DNA of 61,658 nt from Candidatus Bathyarchaeota archaeon (lineage in GTDB: Archaea; Thermoproteota; Bathyarchaeia; 40CM-2-53-6). This document shows, piece by piece, positions 10,498 through 19,642 of this stretch. The position numbers and the translations under genes are program-made. The notes beneath the pieces were generated by a model that did not search any database, had not been told where the DNA came from, and worked only from the letters and a program-made list of their open reading frames with translations. Position 1 is the stretch's first letter; the number at the start of each line of letters is the position of its first letter. Where the stretch lies: assembly GCA_005888755.1 (NCBI GenBank), contig VBBQ01000033.1, forward strand, positions 17,705 through 79,362, written 5' to 3'.

Positions 10498-10525
10498 AAC
10501 CCATTCTTCGGAGCTTTCATTACAG

Positions 10526-13279
10526 GTGAAGATTAGCGAACTCTCTATCGACAAGCAAGTAATCGAGCTACTATCCAAAGAAGGCCTCGACGAGCTCTAC
10601 CCGCCCCAGCAACACGCCATCGAGGCCGGGGTCTTGGACGGTAAGAACCTAGTTCTGGCGAGTCCAACGGCAAGTGGAAAGACTCTGGTAGCAGAACTCT
10701 GTATTTTGCAACACGTCCTCGAACACCGAGGCAAAGCAATCTACCTTGCCCCACTACGTGCATTGGCTAGCGAGAAATTCAAGGAATTCCAAAGATACTC
10801 AGCAATCAAGAAACCCAACGGGGACCATGTCCGAGCTGGAATATCCACGGGTGACTATGACAGCTCAGACCCGTGGCTAGGAAGATACGACATCATTCTT
10901 TGTACTAACGAGAAAGCCGACTCTCTCCTGAGGCACAAAGCGCCCTGGATGAGCGAACTAACCCTGGTCGTTGCAGACGAAGTTCATCTCCTGACAGAAC
11001 AGGAAAGGGGTCCAACTCTCGAAGTGGTTCTGACTCGACTAACAGAGATCAACCCGAACATCCAGGTCTTGGCTCTCAGCGCAACGGTGAGGAATGCGGA
11101 AGAAGTGGGGTCCTGGCTGAAAGCCGGATCGGTGACGACCGACTGGCGACCCGTCCCGCTAAGAGAAGGAATCTATCACGATAATCAAGTACAGTTCCGA
11201 GATGGCGCAAGCCGAGTGATTCTTAGCGGAACCAAAACGCCGAGCCTCGACATCGCGCTCGACGTTTTGAGCACTGGCGGACAAGCACTGATTTTCACTG
11301 AGACCCGGCGGTCCGCGGTCGAGATGGGGCGGAAGGCTTCGGTGGCGGTGAAAAGTCGCTTGTCGAAGCCCGAAGAGAGAGCGTTGACCAGTATTGCTGA
11401 GCGAATACTCTCAACGGGCGAGAAGACCCGGCTAAGTGAAGCCCTGGCAATGCAGGTCGCAGGAGGAGCCGGCTTCCACCATGCAGGATTAGCAGGAATT
11501 CATCGTGGAATAGTGGAAGACGCCTTTCGAGATGGCAGAATCAAAGTCTTGGCAGCGACCCCAACACTTTGCCTCCCTGCGGGAGAAGAGATTTTTGGAA
11601 ATCCAGCCCCTATTGCAATAGAGAAGCTCTCCAGCCACGACAAAGTCTTGACTCATGGGAACGTATTTGAAAACGTCATCGCGCCAACCTCCCGATGGTA
11701 TGACGGGCCTCTCGTAAAGATCACACCCTGGTTCCAACTCCCCATGAGGATGACGCCAGAACACAATGTGCTCCGAGTGATTCGCGAAAGGCATTCGTTG
11801 CGCACTCGGGGCACGAATCGCCACTGGTGGACTTATTCTCAGCCCGAGTGGGTCGCGGCGAAGAACCTGAGTACGGGCGATCTAGTGTTGTTCCCGAGAA
11901 TCAAGGAAGAACACGATCTTCAATGTATTGATCTGTCTGAGCAAGGCTCCTTATCAAACCAGTATGGCGTCGTAGGAAAACACTGGTCAAGACTGAAAAT
12001 TGCCTCCTTAGAATTAACCCCTCAGACACTCGAAGTGTTGGGCCTGTTTCTCGCTAAAGGCTACACTGGAAGACAAGGGCAGGTTATGTTTGCTCTGAAC
12101 ACAAAAGAGACCGAGCTGACGTCAATAGTCACGAACTGGCTTATAACAATCGGGTTGAGGCCCAGCGTTATCTATAGCGAAAGACACAGACGTGTCATCA
12201 GGGCTTGTTCTAAACAACTGGCAGAGACACTTCGAGCACTGTGTGGACGAGGAGCGGTTGAGAAGAGGATTCCGCATCAGCTTGTTTACCTCCCGAACAA
12301 CCAACTTGCCCACGTAGTTAGAGGAATGTGGCGCGGAGACGGTGATGTCACCGAATCCGGAGCAAGAACAGCAAGATACTCAACTGTGTCGAGAGGTCTG
12401 GCCAAACAACTGTTTGCGGTGCTCGTTAAACTCGGGTACATGGCAACGATCAAGATCAGCAAGAGGGCTGGGATTACATCGAAACAAGGTCTGGCAATTA
12501 CTCACAAACGCGATCTCTACACGGTTTCGGTTTCCGGGAAACAACTCACCCGGTTCATATTAGACATCTTGAGAGTCAAATCTAACAAGTTTGTTGGGAA
12601 TCGTGAATTCAATAGAGGATATCTTGATTCCGATTATTACTATATGCCGATTAGAACCGTCGAGCAGGAACCCTACCAAGGCACAGTTCACAATCTGGAG
12701 GTCAACGGCCACAACAGCTACGTTGGCTCGTTCGTAGTCCACAATTCCGCAGGCGTGAACCTACCAGCTAGGGCTGTAGTCATCAGCAGCTACGAACGCT
12801 ACGAAGCAGGCTATGGCAGATACCCGATAAGTGTGCTAGAGTACAAGCAATTCTGCCTGCCTCCGGATGTGCCGGTGATCCTGGAAGACGGGTCTCCAAT
12901 TCCAATTGGCCGGATTGTGAAGGACCGAATTGGCGAACGCGTGTTGTCCATGTCTAATCCTCACGGGGTCGTAAGCAAGCCCATTGCTGGATACTTCGAA
13001 CGAGAAGCGGCTGAACTCGTTGAAGTCAGCACTGCTATCGGAAGAACATTAAGTGCAACACCGGAACACCCAGTCTTATCGAGACGGGAGGACGGTTCTC
13101 CTGCATGGATCCCGATCAAATCTATCAGGATAGGTGACCACTTAGCATACGCCCGAGAGGTTCCAACCTCGGAGTCTCACGTCTACTGGGTAGATTTGAT
13201 CGGGATCCATGCAGGAGAACCGTCCCAAGAAATCTATTCCCCTAAAATACAAAGATGTCGCCCAACATCTCGGGGTTAG
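10526..13279 (+). CDS. hel308: Hel308/Ski2-like SF2 DNA helicase, N-terminal ORF (contains intein 1 and the N-part of intein 2)
   Basis: ELYPPQ, SPTASGKT, DEVH, LSAT, FHHAGL, ATPTL|SAGVNLP, EYKQF followed by an intein start. Confidence 0.92.
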   Translation: MKISELSIDKQVIELLSKEGLDELYPPQQHAIEAGVLDGKNLVLASPTASGKTLVAELCILQHVLEHRGKAIYLAPLRALASEKFKEFQRYSAIKKPNGDHVRAGISTGDYDSSDPWLGRYDIILCTNEKADSLLRHKAPWMSELTLVVADEVHLLTEQERGPTLEVVLTRLTEINPNIQVLALSATVRNAEEVGSWLKAGSVTTDWRPVPLREGIYHDNQVQFRDGASRVILSGTKTPSLDIALDVLSTGGQALIFTETRRSAVEMGRKASVAVKSRLSKPEERALTSIAERILSTGEKTRLSEALAMQVAGGAGFHHAGLAGIHRGIVEDAFRDGRIKVLAATPTLCLPAGEEIFGNPAPIAIEKLSSHDKVLTHGNVFENVIAPTSRWYDGPLVKITPWFQLPMRMTPEHNVLRVIRERHSLRTRGTNRHWWTYSQPEWVAAKNLSTGDLVLFPRIKEEHDLQCIDLSEQGSLSNQYGVVGKHWSRLKIASLELTPQTLEVLGLFLAKGYTGRQGQVMFALNTKETELTSIVTNWLITIGLRPSVIYSERHRRVIRACSKQLAETLRALCGRGAVEKRIPHQLVYLPNNQLAHVVRGMWRGDGDVTESGARTARYSTVSRGLAKQLFAVLVKLGYMATIKISKRAGITSKQGLAITHKRDLYTVSVSGKQLTRFILDILRVKSNKFVGNREFNRGYLDSDYYYMPIRTVEQEPYQGTVHNLEVNGHNSYVGSFVVHNSAGVNLPARAVVISSYERYEAGYGRYPISVLEYKQFCLPPDVPVILEDGSPIPIGRIVKDRIGERVLSMSNPHGVVSKPIAGYFEREAAELVEVSTAIGRTLSATPEHPVLSRREDGSPAWIPIKSIRIGDHLAYAREVPTSESHVYWVDLIGIHAGEPSQEIYSPKIQRCRPTSRG
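11570..12745 (+). mobile_element. Intein Hel308-1 (392 aa) with LAGLIDADG endonuclease, in helicase motif V
   Basis: Begins CLPAG, block B MTPEHN, motifs GLFLAKG (degenerate) and RGMWRGDG, ends VHNLEV...VVHN before S+1. Confidence 0.95.
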
Positions 13280-14249
13280 CCTCAGGACCTTCAAGGGTTA
13301 CGTATCTGCCAGACGAAACCCGCCGTTGTCCAGAGTTCTGTCCCTGGGCAGGCTTTTAGGTCTCGGCAAGACGGAACTTGCATCGCAAATTCGCCTCGTT
13401 AAGTCCAAGTGGGGGAAACCGATACGGATCCCTGAAACTATCAATGAAGATTTCATGTGGCTAGTTGGGATCATAGCATCGGACGGGCACATCAAGAAAT
13501 CCCAAACCATCAGAGGGACCTACTACCACATTCGTGTTTTCAACAAGAACCGCGAAATTATCGAAAAAGCTGAATCTGTCCTCCAAAGACTAGGCTGCCA
13601 TCCGCAAGTCACTAGCAGACTGGATCAGCAACTCATTGTGGAAGTTGGCTCGAACGTATTGGGTCCAATAATCTCTCAGTTCGGGATCCCATTCAGGAGG
13701 AAATCCTTGGATGTTTTCGTCCCTGACTTTCTGTTACGATTCCCAAAACCCTTGATAGGCGCTTTCCTTGCAGGTGTCTTCGATGGCGATGGATCCTACT
13801 CGGAAACCAAGTATCCAAGAGGAATAAACACTAAGGTTAGAGCCATCGTTATCGCGACTGGAAGCCGTAGGTTCGCTTGGGGCCTTCACGATCTCTTGCT
13901 CAGACTCGGAATCCTGAGCACAGTCGTCAAGAGTGATCACGTTCAAGAGGTTATGCTGAATAATAGACTGGCTATTTTCCCGAACCCAGTCTACAGGGTC
14001 ACGTTTCGAAAGATAGCCGATATTCGAAGGTTTAGGGACTTGGCGCCATCCGTAAAGAAGATCCCCAAGATTGATTATAGTCAGTACCACAATTCGCACG
14101 CGTATCGAACAGAAGAAAATAGACAACCCTATTCCTGGGTGAAAGTGAAAGGCACGGTCAGGAAGAAACTTCGCAGCCCAATAAAGGTCTACAATCTTTC
14201 CGTGAGCGAAACTGAAACGTACTTGGCGTCAAACTTCATCGTGCACAAT
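12854..14249 (+). mobile_element. Intein Hel308-2 in helicase motif VI, interrupted by a +1 frame change near 13200 (split or frameshifted); carries HTH and LAGLIDADG domains
   Basis: Begins CLPPD with ATPEHP in ORF1; GIIASDG, FLAGVFDGDG and VYNL...IVHN before C+1 (CGRAGRP) in ORF2; span 1396 nt = 3n+1. Confidence 0.9.
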
Positions 14250-15350
14250 TGCGGGCGAGCTGGAAGGCCGAAGTACGACAAGTTCGGCGAAGCTTTGCTA
14301 ATCGCGCGTAATCCTGACGAGGCGGAGTGGTTGATGGAGAATTACGTTCTTGCCCAGCCTGAGAAACTCTGGTCCAAACTTGCGGCGGAGCGAGTTCTTC
14401 GCCCACATGTACTATCTACTGTTGCTGCCGGGTATGCTCATTCAGAGGAGGGGTTGTATAACTTCTTCGGAAAAACATTCTACGCCCATCAATATGGGCC
14501 TCGGCTGATCAGGATCAAGATCGGCGATATCTTGCAATTTCTTGTCAAACAGAAGATGGTTACGATGGAGGGAAAGGACCTGGAGGCGTCCAAGTTCGGC
14601 AAACGGGTTTCGGAGTTGTACATCGACCCGATGTCTGCTGTCATTCTCAGGGATGGACTCAACAGTCGGGCGAAGAGTATGACCGACTTGAGTTTGTTGC
14701 ATCTCATATGCAAGACTCCCGACCTTGCTCCCCGTCCCCGTCCAAGGGGAAGCGAAATAGACAAACTGATTGTGACAGCTGAGTTGCACCGAAACGAATT
14801 CGTCGGCGATGTTCCGGACCAATTTGTTGATCCACTGGAATACGAAAATTTCTTGAGCGAGCTCAAGGCCTCTCAAGTACTACTTGACTGGATAGACGAA
14901 CAGACCGAAGACCAAATCTTGGAAACCAGGAAGGTCGAACCAGGCGATCTGCTCAGGCTTGTACAGGGGTCCGAGTGGTTGATTCTTGCTACTCAGGAAC
15001 TGGGACGTCTGTTTGGGCACAAGGACCTTCTGGCGCCCTTGGAGATGCTCAAGGTGAGGCTCGCAAAGGGCGTTCGTCCGGAACTGGTTAAACTGACATC
15101 GCTTGAAGGCGTCGGACGAGTCAGAGCCCGCATGCTCTTCGACGCTGGATTGAAAACGATCGAAGATATCAAGGAAAGGAGCCTCGAACAATTGACGAGC
15201 ATTCGGACCATTGGTCCATCGCTTGCGAAGAAGATCAAGGTACAAGCCGGGGGACTCATCAAGGCAGATGAATGGGAAAAGGCGAAGAATGCAAAACCGT
15301 CGGAAGTAGAACAGCAAGCAATCCTAACCGAATACGAAGACTCCGAATAG
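13209..15350 (+). CDS. hel308: Hel308 C-terminal ORF (C-part of intein 2 followed by motif VI, winged-helix, ratchet and HhH domains)
   Basis: GRAGRPKYD, GKRVSELYIDP, GVGRVRARMLF; joined exteins give ~750 aa, a normal Hel308 size. Confidence 0.9.
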   Translation: MQENRPKKSIPLKYKDVAQHLGVSLRTFKGYVSARRNPPLSRVLSLGRLLGLGKTELASQIRLVKSKWGKPIRIPETINEDFMWLVGIIASDGHIKKSQTIRGTYYHIRVFNKNREIIEKAESVLQRLGCHPQVTSRLDQQLIVEVGSNVLGPIISQFGIPFRRKSLDVFVPDFLLRFPKPLIGAFLAGVFDGDGSYSETKYPRGINTKVRAIVIATGSRRFAWGLHDLLLRLGILSTVVKSDHVQEVMLNNRLAIFPNPVYRVTFRKIADIRRFRDLAPSVKKIPKIDYSQYHNSHAYRTEENRQPYSWVKVKGTVRKKLRSPIKVYNLSVSETETYLASNFIVHNCGRAGRPKYDKFGEALLIARNPDEAEWLMENYVLAQPEKLWSKLAAERVLRPHVLSTVAAGYAHSEEGLYNFFGKTFYAHQYGPRLIRIKIGDILQFLVKQKMVTMEGKDLEASKFGKRVSELYIDPMSAVILRDGLNSRAKSMTDLSLLHLICKTPDLAPRPRPRGSEIDKLIVTAELHRNEFVGDVPDQFVDPLEYENFLSELKASQVLLDWIDEQTEDQILETRKVEPGDLLRLVQGSEWLILATQELGRLFGHKDLLAPLEMLKVRLAKGVRPELVKLTSLEGVGRVRARMLFDAGLKTIEDIKERSLEQLTSIRTIGPSLAKKIKVQAGGLIKADEWEKAKNAKPSEVEQQAILTEYEDSE

Positions 15351-15427
15351 CGAGTTTGAGCCCCACTATTCCTAGGCTTATAATGCGGGGCTAATCTATG
15401 CTCCCAGAAGCCTAGGAAAGTTCGCAG

Positions 15428-16513
15428 ATGGGGAAGATCAAAGTAGCACTCGCAGGCGTCGGGAATTGCGCCAGTGCACTGATACAAGGAATTCAATACT
15501 ACCGGAAAAACCCGCCCAAAGAAGACAACCTCACAACGGGACTAATGCATCCCAAGTTCGGGGACTACAAAGTAGAAGACATCACATTCGTAGCCGCGTT
15601 CGAGGTCAACCACAATAAAATCGGAAACGACCTTAGCAAGGCCATATTCACCGATCCAAACTGCGCCCCGAAGATAAGCGATGTCCCCGACATGGACGTC
15701 ACCGTCAAAGCGGGTCCGATCCTGGACGGCGTCGCGCCTCACATGAGGGAGCCATTTCACGTTTACAATAAAAACAGAACGAAACCCGTTGACGTTGCAG
15801 CTGAGCTGAAAGATTCTGGAGCAGAAATCCTCGTCAATTACCTTCCGGTCGGAAGCGAAAAAGGCGCCAGATTCTATGCACAACAAGCGTTGGACGCCGG
15901 CTGTGGTTTCGTAAATTGTATCCCCGAGTTCATCGCGTCAAACGATGGATGGGCGAAAAAATTCGAAGACAGAAAGCTCCCGATTGCGGGGGACGATATC
16001 AAAAGCCAGGTCGGAGCGACAATTGTCCACAGGGCCCTCGTGGACCTCTTTCTGAAACGGGGCGTCAGAGTGGACGAAAGCTACCAGCTCAATCTTGGTG
16101 GTGATACTGATTTCCTCAACATGACGGTGGAAGAGAGGCTTCATTCAAAACGTATAAGCAAAACAACAGCGGTTGCAAGTCTCATCCCATATGACGTTCC
16201 GACGAGAATAGGTCCGTCGGATTATGTTCCTTCTCTCAGGAACAAGAAGATCTGCTACATCTACATTAAAGGAAGAAAGTGGGGAAACATTCCACTCCAG
16301 ATAGATCTCAAACTTTCAGTGGAAGACTCGCCAAATAGCGCCGGAGTTGTTTCAGATGTAATTCGCGCTGTCAAACTAGGCTTGGACCGTGGTATTGGAG
16401 GTGCACTCACGAGCATTTCCTCGTACTGTTTCAAGTATCCGCCGGTCAAGATCCCTGACGGTCTGGCTTCTCAATGGGTTGAAGACTACATTCAGGGAAA
16501 GAGAGAGCGCTAA
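15428..16513 (+). CDS. ino1: Myo-inositol-1-phosphate synthase
   Basis: GVGNCASAL, NYLPVGS, GDDIKSQVGAT, YQLNLGGDTDF, EDSPNSAG. Confidence 0.95.
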   Translation: MGKIKVALAGVGNCASALIQGIQYYRKNPPKEDNLTTGLMHPKFGDYKVEDITFVAAFEVNHNKIGNDLSKAIFTDPNCAPKISDVPDMDVTVKAGPILDGVAPHMREPFHVYNKNRTKPVDVAAELKDSGAEILVNYLPVGSEKGARFYAQQALDAGCGFVNCIPEFIASNDGWAKKFEDRKLPIAGDDIKSQVGATIVHRALVDLFLKRGVRVDESYQLNLGGDTDFLNMTVEERLHSKRISKTTAVASLIPYDVPTRIGPSDYVPSLRNKKICYIYIKGRKWGNIPLQIDLKLSVEDSPNSAGVVSDVIRAVKLGLDRGIGGALTSISSYCFKYPPVKIPDGLASQWVEDYIQGKRER

Positions 16514-17646
16514 GCCGAGACTTTCCCAGTTTTCCGTACCGCGGGAGCCTGTAGGGATTCTCCCCAATTGTGGTTCAACCGGCCTCTGCTCTTCCATTCC
16601 TCATAATGTTCCATTACCCCTGTGAACAATAATGGAAGCCCGATCGTGGCGTCAACGTGCACGGTGCATTGTTCAGCCTTCGGGTCAAGCTTTCCCCATG
16701 ACTGGCTTTCTGGGAGCTCGCAACCAGACAAGCCGCCGAACTTAGCATCATCTGTTGTTACCTGGATCGCGTAACTGTGCGGGGGAACCGGCATTCCCGC
16801 GATCTCTGCCATGGGCACCACCTGTTGGATGTAGTTCTTCGGAGTCCCTCCGCCGATGAAGATCACGCCAGATTTCTGCCAACGCCTCTTGAGGCTCATG
16901 ATCTCAAGATTGTCCAGCATCGGATCATAAACCATAGGCGGCCGTCCCTGGTAGAGTTGCTCATTTCTATACACTGTCAACGCCATTCCAATCGAGCTAT
17001 CGGCGAGTGCCGGGCAGAAGATGGGAAGGCGTTCCCTCGCGGCGGTTGCAAGAATGCCGTATTCGTCGTTGATTCGCTGTCCCATAAGCTGGAAAAACTC
17101 CCTGCTGGAGTAGCCTCGAGGTTCAAGGCTCTCCGAGAACTTCTCCACGAACTCGTCGGCCTTCGTGAACATCACATCGTCTGCATAAGTGTCGTAGACT
17201 CTGTCAATCCTCATGCCTCTCAGGGTCGGATCGTCGATGTGATGCTGAGCCATGTAATGGCGGCCCCCAAGAGACTCGTAGAGGTCGTGACTCAGGTTAG
17301 CGCCCGTTGAAACGAGAACGTCGATTGCGTGGAAAGCGATCAGGTCTCGGAGGAGTCGCCTCATTCCGCCCGCAATCATAGCGCCTGAGAGGCCGAAGAG
17401 AATTAGAGGGCGATCCGGATCGCTCAGCATGTGAAGCCAGATCTTGTAGCACTTGCCAAGCATTCTGCTCTGGAAAGACGTCGTGTTGAATGCCTCCAAA
17501 GCTTCGCTCACAGTGTGAACCTTTGCCACGTCAAAATGCTGCACAGGATGCTTGAACGCATCGCCTCGTGGCGAGAATTGAATACGAGAGGACGAAGCCG
17601 ACGCGGAAATTTTTTCGTGAGAGTTAGAATTCTTGTTAGACTTCAT
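16510..17646 (-). CDS. dys: Deoxyhypusine synthase
   Basis: STGANLSHD, FCPALADSSIG, GGGTPKN, GGLSG, active-site SWGK. Confidence 0.9.
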   Translation of the reverse strand: MKSNKNSNSHEKISASASSSRIQFSPRGDAFKHPVQHFDVAKVHTVSEALEAFNTTSFQSRMLGKCYKIWLHMLSDPDRPLILFGLSGAMIAGGMRRLLRDLIAFHAIDVLVSTGANLSHDLYESLGGRHYMAQHHIDDPTLRGMRIDRVYDTYADDVMFTKADEFVEKFSESLEPRGYSSREFFQLMGQRINDEYGILATAARERLPIFCPALADSSIGMALTVYRNEQLYQGRPPMVYDPMLDNLEIMSLKRRWQKSGVIFIGGGTPKNYIQQVVPMAEIAGMPVPPHSYAIQVTTDDAKFGGLSGCELPESQSWGKLDPKAEQCTVHVDATIGLPLLFTGVMEHYEEWKSRGRLNHNWGESLQAPAVRKTGKVSA

Positions 17647-17818
17647 TTTATTCTTCTAACTTGACCGTTCTACAGGCTTTCCGTTTCTATTAAAATGTTC
17701 CACAACTCGCGATACGAGTCACTTGGACGATTGAAAATTTTTCGAGGTTCTTGTCAGAAGGCCGCGGCGGGATTTGATCGAAAAACTAGTCGTTTGAAAT
17801 TCCCATGGCGATCGACGT

Positions 17819-19052
17819 CTAATATCGACGTCTGTGTCGTTGGAATCTCGGCGGAGGACGACGAGCGGGACGCCTTCCACGACCTCGCTGGTGTCTCTCT
17901 CCGCCTCTCCTCGGACCGTAGGGACGAGGTGGGAGGAACAGTGTCGGGTATGATCTTCGGGTGGGAGAAGTGAGTCTGATCATCTCTTGAATGTTTGAGG
18001 AAGTTGTTCGTCTTATTCTCTCAAAGATGGAATCATCGCTTCGGCTTACGAGGGAGACCGCGATTCCGGCGCTTCCAGCTCGTGCGGTTCTGCCGATTCT
18101 GTGGAAGTATGTGAGGGGTTCTTCCGGTAAGTCGAAATTGATCACGTGGCTTACGTTCGTAATGTCGAGGCCTCTTGCCGCCACGTCCGTAGCGACCAGG
18201 ACGGCGATCTTTCCGTCGCGAAAAGCCTGCATTGCTCTATCCCTTTGACCCTGGGAAAGATCTCCGTGAATCGCTAACGCATTGTAGCCCTCGACTCTCA
18301 GGGCTTGGGCAAGCCGACCGGCTCTGATCTTGGTCGAGCAGAATATGAGTCCTCTGGTTATCTTCTCGGCTTCTAAAAGGGAGCAGAGAGCTGGGAATTT
18401 TTCATTCTCTTCAGCCCACGCATATTTTTGGGAGACGGATTCAACAGCAATCTCGTCGCTATCGACGAATATTCTCAGTGGATTCTTCATGTAGTGATGG
18501 GCGAGTCTGATAATCTCGTCAGGCATTGTCGCTGAGAACAGGGTTGTTTGACGGGGCCCCGGGACTCTTTCGAGTATCTGTCTCACGTCATCGATGAACC
18601 CCATGTCCAACATTCTGTCCGCTTCGTCTAGCACCACAAATCGGACCCTGTCGAGGTCGACTGTTCTTCTCTCTAGATGGTCAAGAAGTCTGCCCGGAGT
18701 GGCGACGATAACTTTCGTGGTCGGCCTTTCTAGTTTGTTCAGCTGAACTCCTATGCTCTGACCACCGTAGACTGGGACCGTTCTTATTGGCATGTGGCGA
18801 GCGAGGCGCGCGAGTTGGGACTAGGACGAGAGCTTGCAGCCCACGAGCATGATTATCAATCCTCTGAAGTATCGGGAGGGCATACGCAAGGGTCTTTCCG
18901 GACCCAGTGTGAGCCTGTCCAATGATGTCTCTTCCTTGAAGAATAGGGGCGATAGCTTCGGCTTGAATTGGGAACATTTCTTCGAAGCCCATATCCTTGA
19001 TTCCCTGAAGAAGCCGGGGTTGGAAACCTAGGGCTTCGAATTGTTGAGCCAA
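17819..19052 (-). pseudogene. DEAD-box RNA helicase, frame-broken at ~18810 (pseudogene or assembly error)
   Basis: Q motif, AHTGSGKT and LVPTR in ORF 18681-19052; TPGR, DEAD, SAT and HRIGRTAR in ORF 17819-18793; the ELAxQ part of motif Ia is missing. Confidence 0.85.
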
Positions 19053-19362
19053 CTATTGTTCTAACAGTAAGTCTGGCCGCCCCATAAAGACCTTCCAGTC
19101 CCGAGAATCCGTATCAGGAAGAAGCGGAAGAACGCCCTCTTACCTAGGGTCTTTTGGTTCTTTTCCAGAGGCTAGAAGCGTCATCGGCGAGGCCCTCATG
19201 GCGATGCTCCCAAGCCTGATGTTTTGGCATATGATCTTCGCAGAAAGTCTTGCCGCAATACTCACATTTCTTGTTCTGTTGCGTTACACGTCCGCATTCG
19301 TCACATTTTTCCAAATCAAACAACTTCGAACGGAGACAATATTGATGATAATCGCGGGAGGT

Positions 19363-19640
19363 TTAAGCTTGAGCCTGGACCGGGCTTCCTGCAAGAGTTT
19401 CGCACGATCGTTGGCGAGGTTGAGTTTGAATACTCTCACGCGTCCGTAGTCTCTTTCCTCTACGATTCCTGCCTGTGATAGGTCGTCTAGATGCCTTTCG
19501 GCAGCGCTGTAGCTTTGATCGGTTCTCTTCGCTATCTCTGTTAAGTGCAGTTGCTCGACTTTGGAGAGGAGGGTGAGTATTCGTATTCTGCCGCTGCTCG
19601 AAAGGATCTTGTCTAGGGGTGGACTTTTTTCTCCGACCAT
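19363..19640 (-). CDS. ArsR-like winged-helix protein downstream of cdc6 (C-terminus uncertain, possible frame break ~19385)
   Basis: From ATG 19640: ILSSSGRIRILTLL...LTEIAKRT...HLDDLSQAGIVEERDYGRVRVF. Confidence 0.75.
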
Positions 19641-19642
19641 GG

